From the human T2T-CHM13v2.0 reference genome, Homo sapiens: 64,000 nucleotides of DNA. Under the pieces are notes generated by a model. The model made no database searches. It was not told the origin of the DNA and saw only the letters and a list, made by a program, of their open reading frames with translations. The stretch lies in NCBI RefSeq assembly GCF_009914755.1, contig NC_060930.1, one strand, 5' to 3'. Of the stretch, positions 46,496-59,789 are shown one piece after another. Numbering within the stretch: the stretch's first letter is position 1; every line of letters starts with the position of its first letter. Made by a program: the position numbers and the translations under genes.

Positions 46496-48302
46496 TAATT
46501 TGGGAATAAGCTTCTATGAACAATTTACCCTTCAGTTTTGGCTTTAGAAGTGAAACTTTAATAACAATTTTTCTCAACAAATTCCACTTACTTTTCATAA
46601 AGCCAAGGCTCCTACTAGTCAAGCCAGGCTCCTTGACAGTCCCTTGCTCATTTGCTAGGTATCTTTTCACATACACATATTTTAGTATTCTCATATTAAA
46701 GAATAATCTTTAGTCCCTTCAAGTCCCTAACAAAGAACAGAACATGAGGTGAGCAATAAATATCTTTTGATTATATGATTGATTTTTATGTATGTGTATT
46801 AGTTTCATTTCAGGTTATTAAAAGAACATATGGAAATATTCCTACATACTAAGGGGATATCACCAGAGTACCTCAGAATCTCACTTCAGAGACAAAATAC
46901 AGGGCTAGCTTAACCAGTTATTTGGGCCAATGAAGAATTTTTATTCTCTTATTTTGCAGTGACAAAGAAAGAGATAGGAGCTTATGAGAAAGAACTGAAC
47001 AGGTGGGAATACTTGGAGCAGAGCCCTTGTGATGAGCGCCTCCCACATCAAGCCTGAGGAGAACAGACACCAGAGTCCTGCTCATCAGTGGCTCTTAACA
47101 GACTCATGAATATCAAGCCCACCTAGAAAATTACTTGGTTCTCTTTCACATGTATATGCTACACTTTACAAGATATTAAACTGGAACTATGCCCTCACCT
47201 TCAACTGACAGCCCAAGACAATAGGCACCAACTAATCTCGCTTTCCTCAGTGGAGTCTTAGACCACATAAGCACGTCTAGCAGAGGTGGGTGAGGAATTG
47301 GGGAGTCACCTCAAGCTCAGTGAATGAGGCCTGGTATAGAGTTCACCATTTGAGTGGAGAGGTCTACATTTTAACATAAAGAAAGGCAGAGAATGGTACC
47401 ATCTTAGAGACTTTGCCTAAGAGGGCTTTTAGAAGAGTGGTAGAATTCTAACCAAAGGGTAACAGTGGAGTCATAAAGGGTCAGCCAGAGGAGTTGCATT
47501 TGCCTGTGTCATTGCAGCTGCCAGGTCATAGATCCCCAGTACTAGAAAGTCTCTAAAGGGCCGGTGAATGCACCCACAAGAAAGCCATCTTTAAGCATGT
47601 GCAAATATCTACAACCATTTTGATGGCAGCAGAGTTAAACATGCCCTCTCTTCCTCTGCTCTAACTCTAGAAGGGTCAGAAGTTGAGGCTAACTAATGCA
47701 TGGATGGGATGGGATGGAGGTAGGAGGTAGAAGACTTGACTGAGGAAAGAAAATAAATGTACCATGCCCTTCTTCTGATGGAAATCCAAGCAAAGCAAGG
47801 AAGTAACTTCAGTGTTGAATGCAATTCAGAGTTTTGATTATTACACTTGACTGGAGGTATTAACAATGGAACTGCAACTGTTTTAAGGGACTAAAGAGAT
47901 CCCCTGCTTTTCACTGTGTAAGAGCGAGCACATAAACAATGAGGCTTGCCTGAAATTTCATCTAATATAAGGAGAAAAAATGATCCCCATTGAGTGACTT
48001 TACAGGGGCAGTTATTTAAAAATATAAGTTGCGTTGTAAGTGTTCCTGACGTGTCTCTTTTAAGCATATAACAGCACAGGAACGAGGGCTAAAAACAATA
48101 GCATATTACTATGAGTTCAAATTCTTAATAGCGGCGAAGAGTTGCAGCAGAAGAAGGAAAAACTAAAAGAAGACAGCTTATCTCCTACCTACTGAAACGG
48201 GAAAGGCTCCCCTGTCATCCCGCAGGGCGTGCGAGAGTGGACGAGGGAACCTTTCCTGTTTCAACCGGGGCCTCGCCCCGGCATCCTGGAAGGTGAGTGT
48301 GA

Positions 48303-48859
<557 letters not shown>

Positions 48860-49639
48860 TCAGCTGCCAAAGGTGCAAATCAGACCAACTGTTCCTAGAA
48901 GTGCCATGTATGCCACTACCGTGACAGCTGCAGGAACGCATGGCTTAGGACACCTCTCCTTATCCTTTCCCACAGGTGCCTAGCCGTGCCCACAGCAGGC
49001 AAAGGCCGAGCCCAACAGCTATGAGCGGGGCGGGAGAAAGCGGAGATGGTAGCCATGACCCTACAGGGTGCTTCTAGCCTGCCAAGCCGATGGAACCTTT
49101 TCTCTCCTGGCCATGGAATTCAACCCGGTTTGGGGAAAAGATATAGAGATTAGGGGCACCCACTTGCACTAAGCAAGGTTTTCTTCCCCCAGAATCTTCC
49201 CCTCTTTCCCTTTAAACTGTTTTTCTCTTTTTTCCTTTTCTAAGTGAAAGGGCCCCCCACCCCGCAACACCCAACTGTGTTTCTGATAGGGAACTTAACA
49301 GAGGAATGACGCCTGCTGGCTGAGAACTTTGACGGGACACATTTGAGACACTCCAAACAGATACAAACAGCCTCTAAAATGCCTTTTCAATACCTAACTC
49401 TATTCCAAGCTTCAGGCAGAGGCCCTAGAAAGAAAAACCAGGTCTTAGTGGGTCCAAAGCCAGGCAACAGGCACAATGTAAACGGGCATGACCAATTCCT
49501 GCCAACTGAACCCTCCACCCCAAAGAAGGAGGCCATGCTTCATGGCATAAACAGGCCCAGAAAACTCAAAGTTTGCCAACAGCAGGAAGAAATGGAGGCA
49601 CAGGTGAGGGTGGTTAATTCCTATTCTCCAGAGTTTCAC

Positions 49640-50665
49640 TGCTTCATGGGTACATAGTGCAGTGGAAAAAGAGGAACTTTTCTGTAGACCTGAGGACAGA
49701 TGGTCTGAGACCCCATATGTGCAGGCTTTCTATAACTTGCAAGGCAATCCAGACCTTTGCCGACAGTGTAGGATTGATCCAGCCCTCCTGTTTGCTATCT
49801 CAGGTAGGCTGCAAGGGGCAAGCCCCGGGAAGTAAAGATAGGAGTCCCAGAAGCACCCCCAGCAGAGGAGCCAGCTCTCTCCAGCCCTGCCCCTCCAGGT
49901 TCACCCCTACCAGTCTATAGTGTTCCAGCCTCTCACTTACCCCCTCCTAAAAATCCTTGCCCTAAACAAGCCCAGTCTCTCTCTTGCCCCCACCTCAACA
50001 GATGCCCAGTGAATTTGGGCCCAGTAGGGTTCAAATTCCCTTCTCCCTATAGAACTTAGGGCAAATTAAGGGAGATCTTGGCAAGTTTTCAGATGACCCT
50101 GATAGATATACAGAGGCTTTCCAGGATTTCACTCAAATATTTGAACTCTCCTGGAGAGATGTAATGTTACTTTTGAATCAGACCCTAACAGACAATGAGA
50201 AGCAGGCTGCTCTGCAAGTAGCAGAGAGATTTGGGGATGAGCTTTGTTTCACATATAGTGTCAGGGAAGGGGGCAAACATTATCCAGCTGGAAGAGAAGC
50301 AGTACCAATGAATGACCCTAAATGGGATCCCAATGATGAGGTGGAAGTCTCAGGTGTGCATAATGGAAGGCTTATGGGACCAAGCCTCTCAATTATACTA
50401 AGTTGTCCATGATCGACCAGGGATTTGATAAAAATTCCACTGCCTTCCTGGAAAGGCTAAGGGAGGACTTGGTAAGTCTCTATCTCCTGATTCAGTCGAG
50501 GGACAGCTAATCCTAAAGGGCAAATATATTACTCAGGCAGCTCCTGACATCAGGAGGAAGTTGCAGAAACGAGCCCTGGGACCAGAAAGTACGTCAGAGG
50601 ACCTCCTGAAAGTGGCCACCTCTGTCTTTTGTAATAGAGACAGGCAGGCCCGGGAAACAGAGAGA
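49640..50665 (+). pseudogene. Gammaretrovirus-like gag remnant
   Basis: QIKGDLGKFSDDPDRY..FELSWRDVMLLLNQTLTDNEKQAALQVAERFGDEL; frameshifted. Confidence 0.85.
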
Positions 50666-51127
50666 AGATACAGGTATTCCCAGGGTGCACCTGTTAACTG
50701 CTGAAGATATGGCAAGAACTGTTATCTCTCTTCTACAACTTTATCTGCTCCCATGCAAGGTTTAATTTCTTTCACCAGAGTGAAACAGCTCAGGGTACAA
50801 TGTTGTTATTAGTATACTTTACTTCTTGTCTCTGTAATCTTTGGCACTAAATCCTTTCTGTGTATAATACACATGTTTAACCCATGCATACTTAACCTTA
50901 TAAAACTTCTTTTTTTCTCTCACACCTAGAAACCATTAAACTCCAAACAGGCAACCAGAGCCTCAGATGATGGCTTACCTTTGCTAGGAATACTTAGATA
51001 GACCTTTGGGAGGAGTCTGACTGCTGTTTTCCTCCAAAACAATGACCCCTGTCAGCAAGATGCAGCTAAGACCTGTCATCGTCCATATTCTAAAGGCAGT
51101 TAGATGTACTTCTTCAGAAGGGGAAAA

Positions 51128-51955
51128 TGATACGGAAGTGCTGGGAAAGGAAGAACGGTCCCTTTAAATGATACGGAAGTGGGGAAGGGAAGTGCTGGGG
51201 AGAGGAAAGGTGTGGTCCCTGGCTAGGGCTCCACCCTCAGGGAAATAGGTGAGGTCAGGCACTCCTGCCTTCATGCCCAAATGTTGCATTTCCCAAGACC
51301 GCCCTGGCCTGCCATGTCCCCATCCTGTGCCTCTAAAAACCCGAGACCCTAGCAGGGCAGAGACAGAAGCAGCTGGACGTCGAAAGGAGCACATCAGCGG
51401 AGGAACACACAGGTGGCTGGACGTGGAAAGGAAAGCACCAGCACCGGCATGCCAACAGGCCACTGACCGGCAGAACCACATGGAGTTTGGCTGGGGCAGT
51501 TGGAGGAAAGCCTGGCTGCCAGGTGGCCCGACTCCACTGGAAAACCGTCTCCCTTCTGCCTCCCCCATCTGCTGAGAGCTACTTCCACTCATAAAACCTT
51601 GCATTCATTCTCCAAGCCCACATGTGATCCGATTCTTCCGGTACACCAAAGCAAGAAACTCCAGGATACAGAAAACCCTCTATCCTTTAGACAGGGTAGA
51701 GGGTCTAATTGAGCTGACTAACACAAGCCGCCTATAGAAAAAGAAAGGCAAACTGAAAGAGCACCCGGTAACACATGCCCACTGGGGCTTCAGGAGCTGT
51801 AAACGTTCACCCCTAGACATTGCTGTGGGGTGGGAGTCCCACAGCCTGCCCATCTGTATCCTCCCCTAGAGGTCTGAGCAGCAGGGCACTGAAGAAGCGA
51901 GCCACACCGCCATCACATGCCCTGCGAGGGGGACAAAGGAATCTTTCTCATTTCA
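51128..51955 (+). mobile_element. 3' LTR, LTR1B-like (828 bp)
   Basis: tgatacggaagtgctggg..tttca preceded by polypurine tract agaaggggaaaa. Confidence 0.85.
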
Positions 51956-53334
51956 CTACCTCTCTATTTTTGTGTACAAAGATCAGACTAAATGCATACA
52001 TGCTAGCACTTAAGCAAAGAATGCACCGTGCACTAGCCTCACTCTGCTTCATACAGGATGCAAAAACTGACCGCTAAAAGAAATAAACTTCCAAAATCCC
52101 AAAAGAAAGCCATTAACAAAATGTTCATGTATGTAGTCTCGTTAATAAGTTAAATACCCAGTAATACATGGAAACAACATAACACAAAGAAATAGAAAAA
52201 TGTACCTAACACTAGAGGCTTCAACAAAAGAATTTCTTGGGCAGCAAAAGAATGCAGGGGTGGATAAAAACAGAGTGTCAACCATGGGCAAGATTTGGGA
52301 TTCAAATCCATGGTATGTGTCTGTCAAGGAAACAGGAGCTATTTGAATTATGGTGCTATAATTCCGTCAAGGGATGCTGAGGACTGCATAAACCACTTGA
52401 GCCTTCAGAAATTACTACCCCATAGTTCAGTCACTTGTGATTTGTTCTATGAGTAATTTATTGGCCACCTTTGCACAGTATGTTGTGTCAAACCTGAAAC
52501 AGATATTTCTTTGGAATCTGATTTGTCTTTTACCTGAGAATCTGTCCATTTCTGTAACAAATCTTTATTGAGCATTTATTACATGTACCAAGCTGTGAGG
52601 GGAAGTGGATTGTGCAGTTACCTTTGGACCTCCAGCTACTTCAGGCTTTAGGCCCATAAAGCTATTGACACCAGAAAACAGACATTCTATAGCCAGCTAG
52701 AGAGTCCTGCCTGCAGAGTAAATACCCATCAACAAAAAAATTAAACAAATGTTCAATGGGGACACAACCACAAACGTTTTGGAGTGGGGGTTCTCAGAGT
52801 GCTCTATCCTTAAACGTCTATCTAAGCAGTTTTCTAGGACTCCACCCATAGGGAAAAGCTGCTGCACAGTGACTTTGGGAAGCTGCTGTTAAGGAAAAAA
52901 AGGGTGACTTAGCTGATACTAAGACATATACTGCGTACACCCAGTCAGCCCACACCACCTGCCTCCAAGCAGCTAACATGATGCTACTGAGCAAAACCCT
53001 GTCCCTCCCTTTCACTGATGCATTCCATGTTCTCTCTGACCTTTTCAAGACACCTCTTTGCCTCCTTTATCCCTTCCATGTTAATGTTATTTACCTGTAT
53101 AAGATGCTGATGGTGGATAGAGAGTCCTTGACAGTGTGAGTCGTCTCAGGAGGATGAAGATAAACAGAATCTTAAACTTAGAATTCAGGTCATGTGGTCT
53201 GTGGACAACTATTTCTTAGACTTCCAGCTTTCTGAAAGTCTTTTTAACCAATAAAAGACATGTTTCTTCCTTTCTATGCTAACAAGAGGGCACATCTGAA
53301 GGTGTTATGATTTAGAAAAATAAGTTAACCTTCA

Positions 53335-53751
<417 letters not shown>

Positions 53752-53760
53752 TTACTATAG

Positions 53761-54078
<318 letters not shown>

Positions 54079-54169
54079 AGCATCTACCTTTTTTCAGAGT
54101 TTTGTGTGCTCATGCCTTACCTTCCATTGAAGGCAGGATCAATGCCTGGTTTATCTTTATATCCACCAC

Positions 54170-54589
54170 TGTATTAGTCAGGGTTCTCTAGAGAAACAGA
54201 ATAAGAGAGAGATTTATTCTGAAGAACTGGCTCATACAATTTTGGGGGCTAAGTCCCTCGCTGTCTGCAGGCTAGAGACACAGGAGAACCAGGGGAGCTA
54301 ATGATGTAAATCCTACCCCAAGGTTGGGAGAAGATGAGATGATATGTCCCAGCTCAAGCAGTGAGGCGGGACAAAACAGAATGAATTCCTCCTTGCTCCA
54401 CTTTTCATTCTATGCAGTGCTCAAAAGATCCGATGATGCCCAACCACATTAGGGAGGGCAATCTACTTTACTGAGTTTACCAATTCAAAAGTCAGTCTCA
54501 TGTAGAAATATCCTCACAGGTGCACCAGAAACAATGTTTAATCCCAGCACCCTATGGCCCACTCAAGTTCACACACAAAATTAACCATC
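54170..54589 (-). mobile_element. MLT2-family (ERVL) solo LTR
   Basis: tgtattagtcagggttctctagagaaacagaa..aaaattaaccatca. Confidence 0.85.
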
Positions 54590-54592
54590 ATA

Positions 54593-54813
54593 ACTATAAT
54601 TAGCAATAATATATAGCTTCAAATAGCTAGAAGGAAAAAAATAATAAATGTTTGAGATAATGAATATGCTAATTACCCTAAGCTGATCACTATGTGTACA
54701 TATCACAATATCACTATCTATTGCATAAATATGTGCAATTATTATGTGTTCATCAAAACTGTTTTGAAATTTCAAAACATTAAAAAAATTTAAACAGTAA
54801 ATAAATAAAAATA
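54593..54813 (+). mobile_element. L1MA 3' end
   Basis: ataaatgtttgagataatgaatatgctaattaccct; TSD-like aaaattaaccat(c/t)ataa. Confidence 0.75.
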
Positions 54814-55019
54814 AAATTAACCATTATAAAATTAAAATGATGGTTAATAAAATTAACTGTCATTAATCCACTATATCAAAGAAATGAAAGAGAACCTTCT
54901 CGTGATCCTCTCTCCTTGGTGAAACTATAGCGAAATAAAGGTGCTCAGCAGAGAACACAGAAAAAATTAACCACAATCAACTATTTGTTATGTATGTAAA
55001 GGAAACAGACAAAGATGTC

Positions 55020-55356
55020 TGTCGCAGTCTGTTCAGGCTGCTGTTACAAAATACCACAGACTGGATAATTTATAATATAGTAGAAATTGCTGATACCTTG
55101 GGCTTGGACTTCCCAGCCTCCAGAACTGTAAGAAACAGCGTCTGGTGAAGGCTCACTCTCTATGTCAAAATGGCATCCTCACATGGTAAATGGGCACAAA
55201 AGGCGTTCTGGATCTCACTAGACCCTCTTTCATAAGGACACGAGTCCCATTCATGAGCACCCTGCCCCCCTAAAGGCCCCACCTCAATACTATCACATTG
55301 GAGATTAGTTTTCAACATATGAATTTTGGAGGGACACATACAGTCAAACCACAGCA
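55020..55356 (-). mobile_element. MST/MLT1A-like solo LTR with internal micro-inversion
   Basis: gttcaggctgctgttacaaaataccacagactgg..caaaccacagca; TSD atgtc/atgta. Confidence 0.85.
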
Positions 55357-55648
55357 ATGTAAAATTTTTTTTTAAACAGCATCCATCCCTTGGTGGTGGA
55401 TTGCCATATGAAACAACGTGACCAAAAACAATACATAGTTTGGTAGCTCCGGAATTTGGTGTGTGAGTATGGAAAGGGCAGTAGTGGGAAATGTGAACAG
55501 TAAGGGAGGCAGGTTCCAGGGCATGAAGATTCTTGTATGCCTGAACTTTATCTTGAAATCTACAGAAGCAGCATGAAGGTTTTTGCTTTTTGAATAGCTT
55601 GGCAGCAAGGTACAGAATGAGAGAGAACCCAGATAAGAAACAGCTCCT

Positions 55649-55942
55649 GGCCGAGTGCATTGGCTCACGCCTGTAATCCCAGCACTTTGGGAGGCCAAGG
55701 TAGGTGGATCACTTGAGGTCAGGAGTTGAAGACCAGCCTGGTTAACATGGTGAAACCCATCTCTACCAAAAATACAAAAAATTAGCAGAGCGTGGTGGCA
55801 CATGCCTGTAATCCCAGCTATTTGGGAGGCTGAGGCATGAGAATTGCTTGAATCCAGGAGGCAGAGGTTGCAATGAGCTCATGCTACTGCACTTCAGCCT
55901 GGGTGGCAGATTAAGACTCTGTCTCAAAAAAAAAAAAAAAAG
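55649..55942 (+). mobile_element. AluS
   Basis: Dimeric Alu with poly(A); TSD-like aagaaacagc. Confidence 0.92.
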
Positions 55943-56019
55943 AAGGAGAAGAAGAAGAAACAGCAGCTCCAGAAATTCACATTGAGCTGAAGAGGAGAGG
56001 AATTAAAACCGTCTTCAAA

Positions 56020-56350
56020 AAAGAACAAGATCATGTCCTTTTCAGCAACATGGATGGAAGATAGCCAAAGTGAACTAACACAGAAACAGAAAACAAAATG
56101 CCACATGTTCTCACTTATAAGTGGATGCGAAGCATTGAGTACATATGGACACAAAGAAGGGAACAACAGACACCAGGGCCTACTTGGGGGTGGAGGTTTA
56201 GAGGGTGAGGATCGAAAAACAACCTATCAGGTACCATACTTATTATCTGGGTGATGACACAATCTGTACACAAAACCCCTGCGACATGCAATTTACCTAT
56301 ACAACAAACCTGCACATGTACCCCGATTCTAAATAAAATTTAAAAAAAGA
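56020..56350 (+). mobile_element. L1PB/L1MA-like 3' end
   Basis: gatcatgtccttttcagcaacatggatgg..aacaaacctgcacatgtacccc. Confidence 0.85.
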
Positions 56351-56809
56351 CTATTTTCAAAAAGTAGAATCTACAGGATTAGGTAACTCAAAATTTTCAA
56401 AGGGAAGGTAAGAGCCTTTTAGATGACTCCAAGGGTTTTGCTTAGACATTGGGTGGATTAGAAACATCAGGAAACAACAGACTAGGGGAAAGTGATTATA
56501 AGTTCACTTCTGAATATGTTGAGACATCAGAGGCAGTGTCCATAGATGTGTTTATATATGGGTCTGGAGATGGGGAACAAGATCTGGGGTTAGAGATGTA
56601 GAAGTGTGTATCACCTGCTTGTAGATGGTGGAAAGCAATATGTAAGGTGAGCTTCTCAAGGCAGTGGCAGTTGAAGCCCTAAGAATCATGCCATTTAAGG
56701 GTGTTTTCTCCTTTATTTTTTCCGTAATATCCCCAGGACCCGTCTAAGAAGTCAGGATGAATGAATTGTGTGGAACCAATGGTTATAACCACCAGAATTA
56801 AGGTGAACT

Positions 56810-57134
<325 letters not shown>

Positions 57135-57202
57135 TCACAAATCAGACAGGCCCTCTAACAGAGAATCAAGGAGTGTCTGAACATAGATCAAGGGCATGAT
57201 GA

Positions 57203-58349
57203 TGTGTCCGGAGTTGGTTCCTTCCAGTGCGTTCTTGGACTCGCTGACTTCAAGAATGAAGCTGCAAACCCTCGTGGTGAGTGTTACAGTTCTTAAAGAT
57301 GGTGTGTCCGACTGGGTATATACCCAAAGGATTATAAATCATGCTGCTATAAAGACACATGCACACGTATGTTTATTGCGGCACTATTCACAATAGCAAA
57401 GACTTGGAACCAAGCCAGATGTCCAACAACGATAGACTGGATTAAGAAAATGTGGCACATATACACCATGGAATACTATGCAGCCATAAAAAATGATGAG
57501 TTCATGTCCTTTGTAGGGACATGGATGAAGCTGGAAACCATAATTCTCAGCAAACTATCACAAGGACAAAAAACCAAACACTGCATGTTCTCACTCATAG
57601 GTGGGAATTGAACAATGAGAACACATGGACACAGGAAGGGGAACATCACACTCCGGGGACTGTTGTGGAGTGGGGGGAGGGGGAAGGGATAGCATTAGGA
57701 GATATACCTAATGCTAAATGACGAGTTAATGGGTGCAGGACACCAACATGGCACATGTATACATATGTAAGAAACCTGCACATTGTGCACATCCACCCTA
57801 AAACTTAAAGTATAATAATAATAAAATTAAATTAAATTAAATTTAATTTAATTTAAAAAGATGGTGTGTCCGGAGTTTGTTCCTTCAGATGTTCAGATGT
57901 GTCCGGAGTTTCTTCCTTCTGGTGGGTTCGTGGTCTTGCTGACTTCAGGAGTGAAGCTGCAGACCTTCGCAGTGAGTGTTACAGTTCTTAAAGTTTGTGC
58001 AGACCCAAAGAGTGAGCAGCAGCAAGATTTACGGCGAAGAGCGAAAGAACAAAGCTTCCACAGCGTGGAAGGGGACCCAAGCAGGTTGCCGCTGCTGGCT
58101 CAGGTGGCCAGCTTTTATTCCCTTATTTGGCCCCACCCACATCCTGCTGATTTATCCATTTTACAGAGCACTGATTCGTCCATTTTACAGAGTGCTGATT
58201 GGTCCATTTTTACAGAGTGCTGATTGGTACATTTACAAACTTTTAGCTAGACACAGAGCACTGACTGGTGTGTTTACAATCCTTTAGCTAGACAGAAAAT
58301 TTCCCCAAGTCCCCACCTGACCCAGAAGCCCAGTCGGCTTCATCTCTCC
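57203..58349 (-). mobile_element. LTR12-family 3' LTR (short type), split by an L1 fragment
   Basis: tgtgtccggagttggttcc end; gctgattggtccattttacagagt U3 repeats; PPT tctcccctct adjacent. Confidence 0.93.
57311..57856 (+). mobile_element. 5'-truncated L1PA3/4 3' fragment inside LTR12
   Basis: Perfect 16-bp TSD aaagatggtgtgtccg at 57295-57310 and 57857-57872; endonuclease site tctt/aaag. Confidence 0.95.
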
Positions 58350-58500
58350 ATCTCCCCTCTAAACAGGACACCCCAACTGCTGTTGGGAATTACCCGATGA
58401 CCACTCTAGCTACTTCCTGCTGGGCAGGGGCAAAGAAGGGGCCCTGCAGTGATAGTGTCCTCCAGAGGGGAACTCTTTAGGCCGTGAAAGGGCCAGCAGG

Positions 58501-59010
58501 TCAGTCCAGGGGTCCTCTATAGAAGTTGTTAGTCGAGCTCATTTGGGATTCCATTCGTAAGACCATCTGTAGCTTGATGGCCTCAATCCTAGAGGAAACA
58601 CATTTGACAAGGAGGTTAAAAATATAGGGCCCGAAGGTAAGTAATAGCAAGATGGCTGCCACAGGACCTAGAAAGGGAAGAAGCCATGTTGCCCAACTCC
58701 GGAGGTTGGTATAAGAGTTTGAAAGGCGTTGTCTGATTTCAGAAGCCTTTTCCTGTAAATGCCAGGCAGCATCTCGTACTATCCCTGACTGGTTAATGTA
58801 GAAACAACACTCCTCCTCTAAGAAGGTGCAGAGTCCTCCTTTCTCAGCAGTGAGGAGGTCTAGACCTTGGTGGTTTTGGAGAGTCACTGCTGCCAAAGAG
58901 TCTATTTGGGATTATAGTTACTATCCTTACTGGATAGATTTCGTTATTTCTTGCAAACTGTCTGAGAAATCCTTTCAGAGTGTGTGGTAGTAGGATAATG
59001 CATGTTACAC
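58501..59010 (-). pseudogene. ERV9 env transmembrane subunit remnant
   Basis: LQNHQGLDLLTAEKGGL immunosuppressive domain, CTFLEEECC (CX6CC), TM helix, cytoplasmic tail. Confidence 0.92.
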
Positions 59011-59594
59011 TATTAACTTTTAGCAAACTTTAGTTGAAAACCTTGTAAGTTTGGGATTTCAATTTTTCTTTGCTATTAATAAAACCTCGTTCAGTCCATA
59101 TTAACTTAGAAATGGTATAGATGGCTCCTTCCTGATTCTGTAAGTACTTTAAGATTTGGCTGAGTGCAAACAACTCGCAGGCATGTTTGAGCAGACCAAT
59201 TATTAGGCAATTTTCCTAACTGCTTCTACAAGAGTTCCTTATCACTTACTGAATACCCGTTGTGTCTTTTTTTTTTCCTTAATTGCCTGGGAGGAACCAT
59301 CTAATGTCCTGTCCTGAAGGGATTTCCTCCTAGATCTGGTTGGACCTTTGTATGGTAATTAATTAAGATTTAGATCCCTGTTAGGAAACCTGCTAGGTTA
59401 AGGATTTTTGACAGAAAGGCTATGGGTTGTCAGTGGCCTCAGTGCTTTCAGGCTATGCCCTTGTTTGCACTGACAACAAGGTGGTATTGGAGTGTTATAG
59501 GGTCACGGAGAAGACCTTCAATTATCAATTATAGGTTTTAAATTTACCCTGGCTTTTAAAGGAATAGGGTACACTGTTTTTTCTTTACTACTTC

Positions 59595-59760
59595 CATCTC
59601 TCTTTCTTTCTCTCTGACTTCTTTGTCTCTCTCTTTCTGACTCCTTCTTTGTCTGTTCCTCTCTCTCCTTGACTTTCTGTCTCTCTGTCTCTCTCTCTCT
59701 GACTCCCTCTTTGTCTGTCTCTTCCTCTCTCTCTCTGACGTTCTGTCTCTTTCTTTCTGC
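59595..59760. repeat. CT-rich low-complexity tract in the ERV9 interior
   Basis: Imperfect (CT)n/(CTGT)n/(CTTT)n. Confidence 0.9.
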
Positions 59761-59789
59761 TGGTCTTTCCCTGCCTCTGCTAGCCACTT

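Noticed and set aside
51128-51200. Duplicated tgatacggaagtg at the LTR start (51128 and 51169)
   Set aside because: Probably a feature of the LTR1B-type consensus rather than locus-specific
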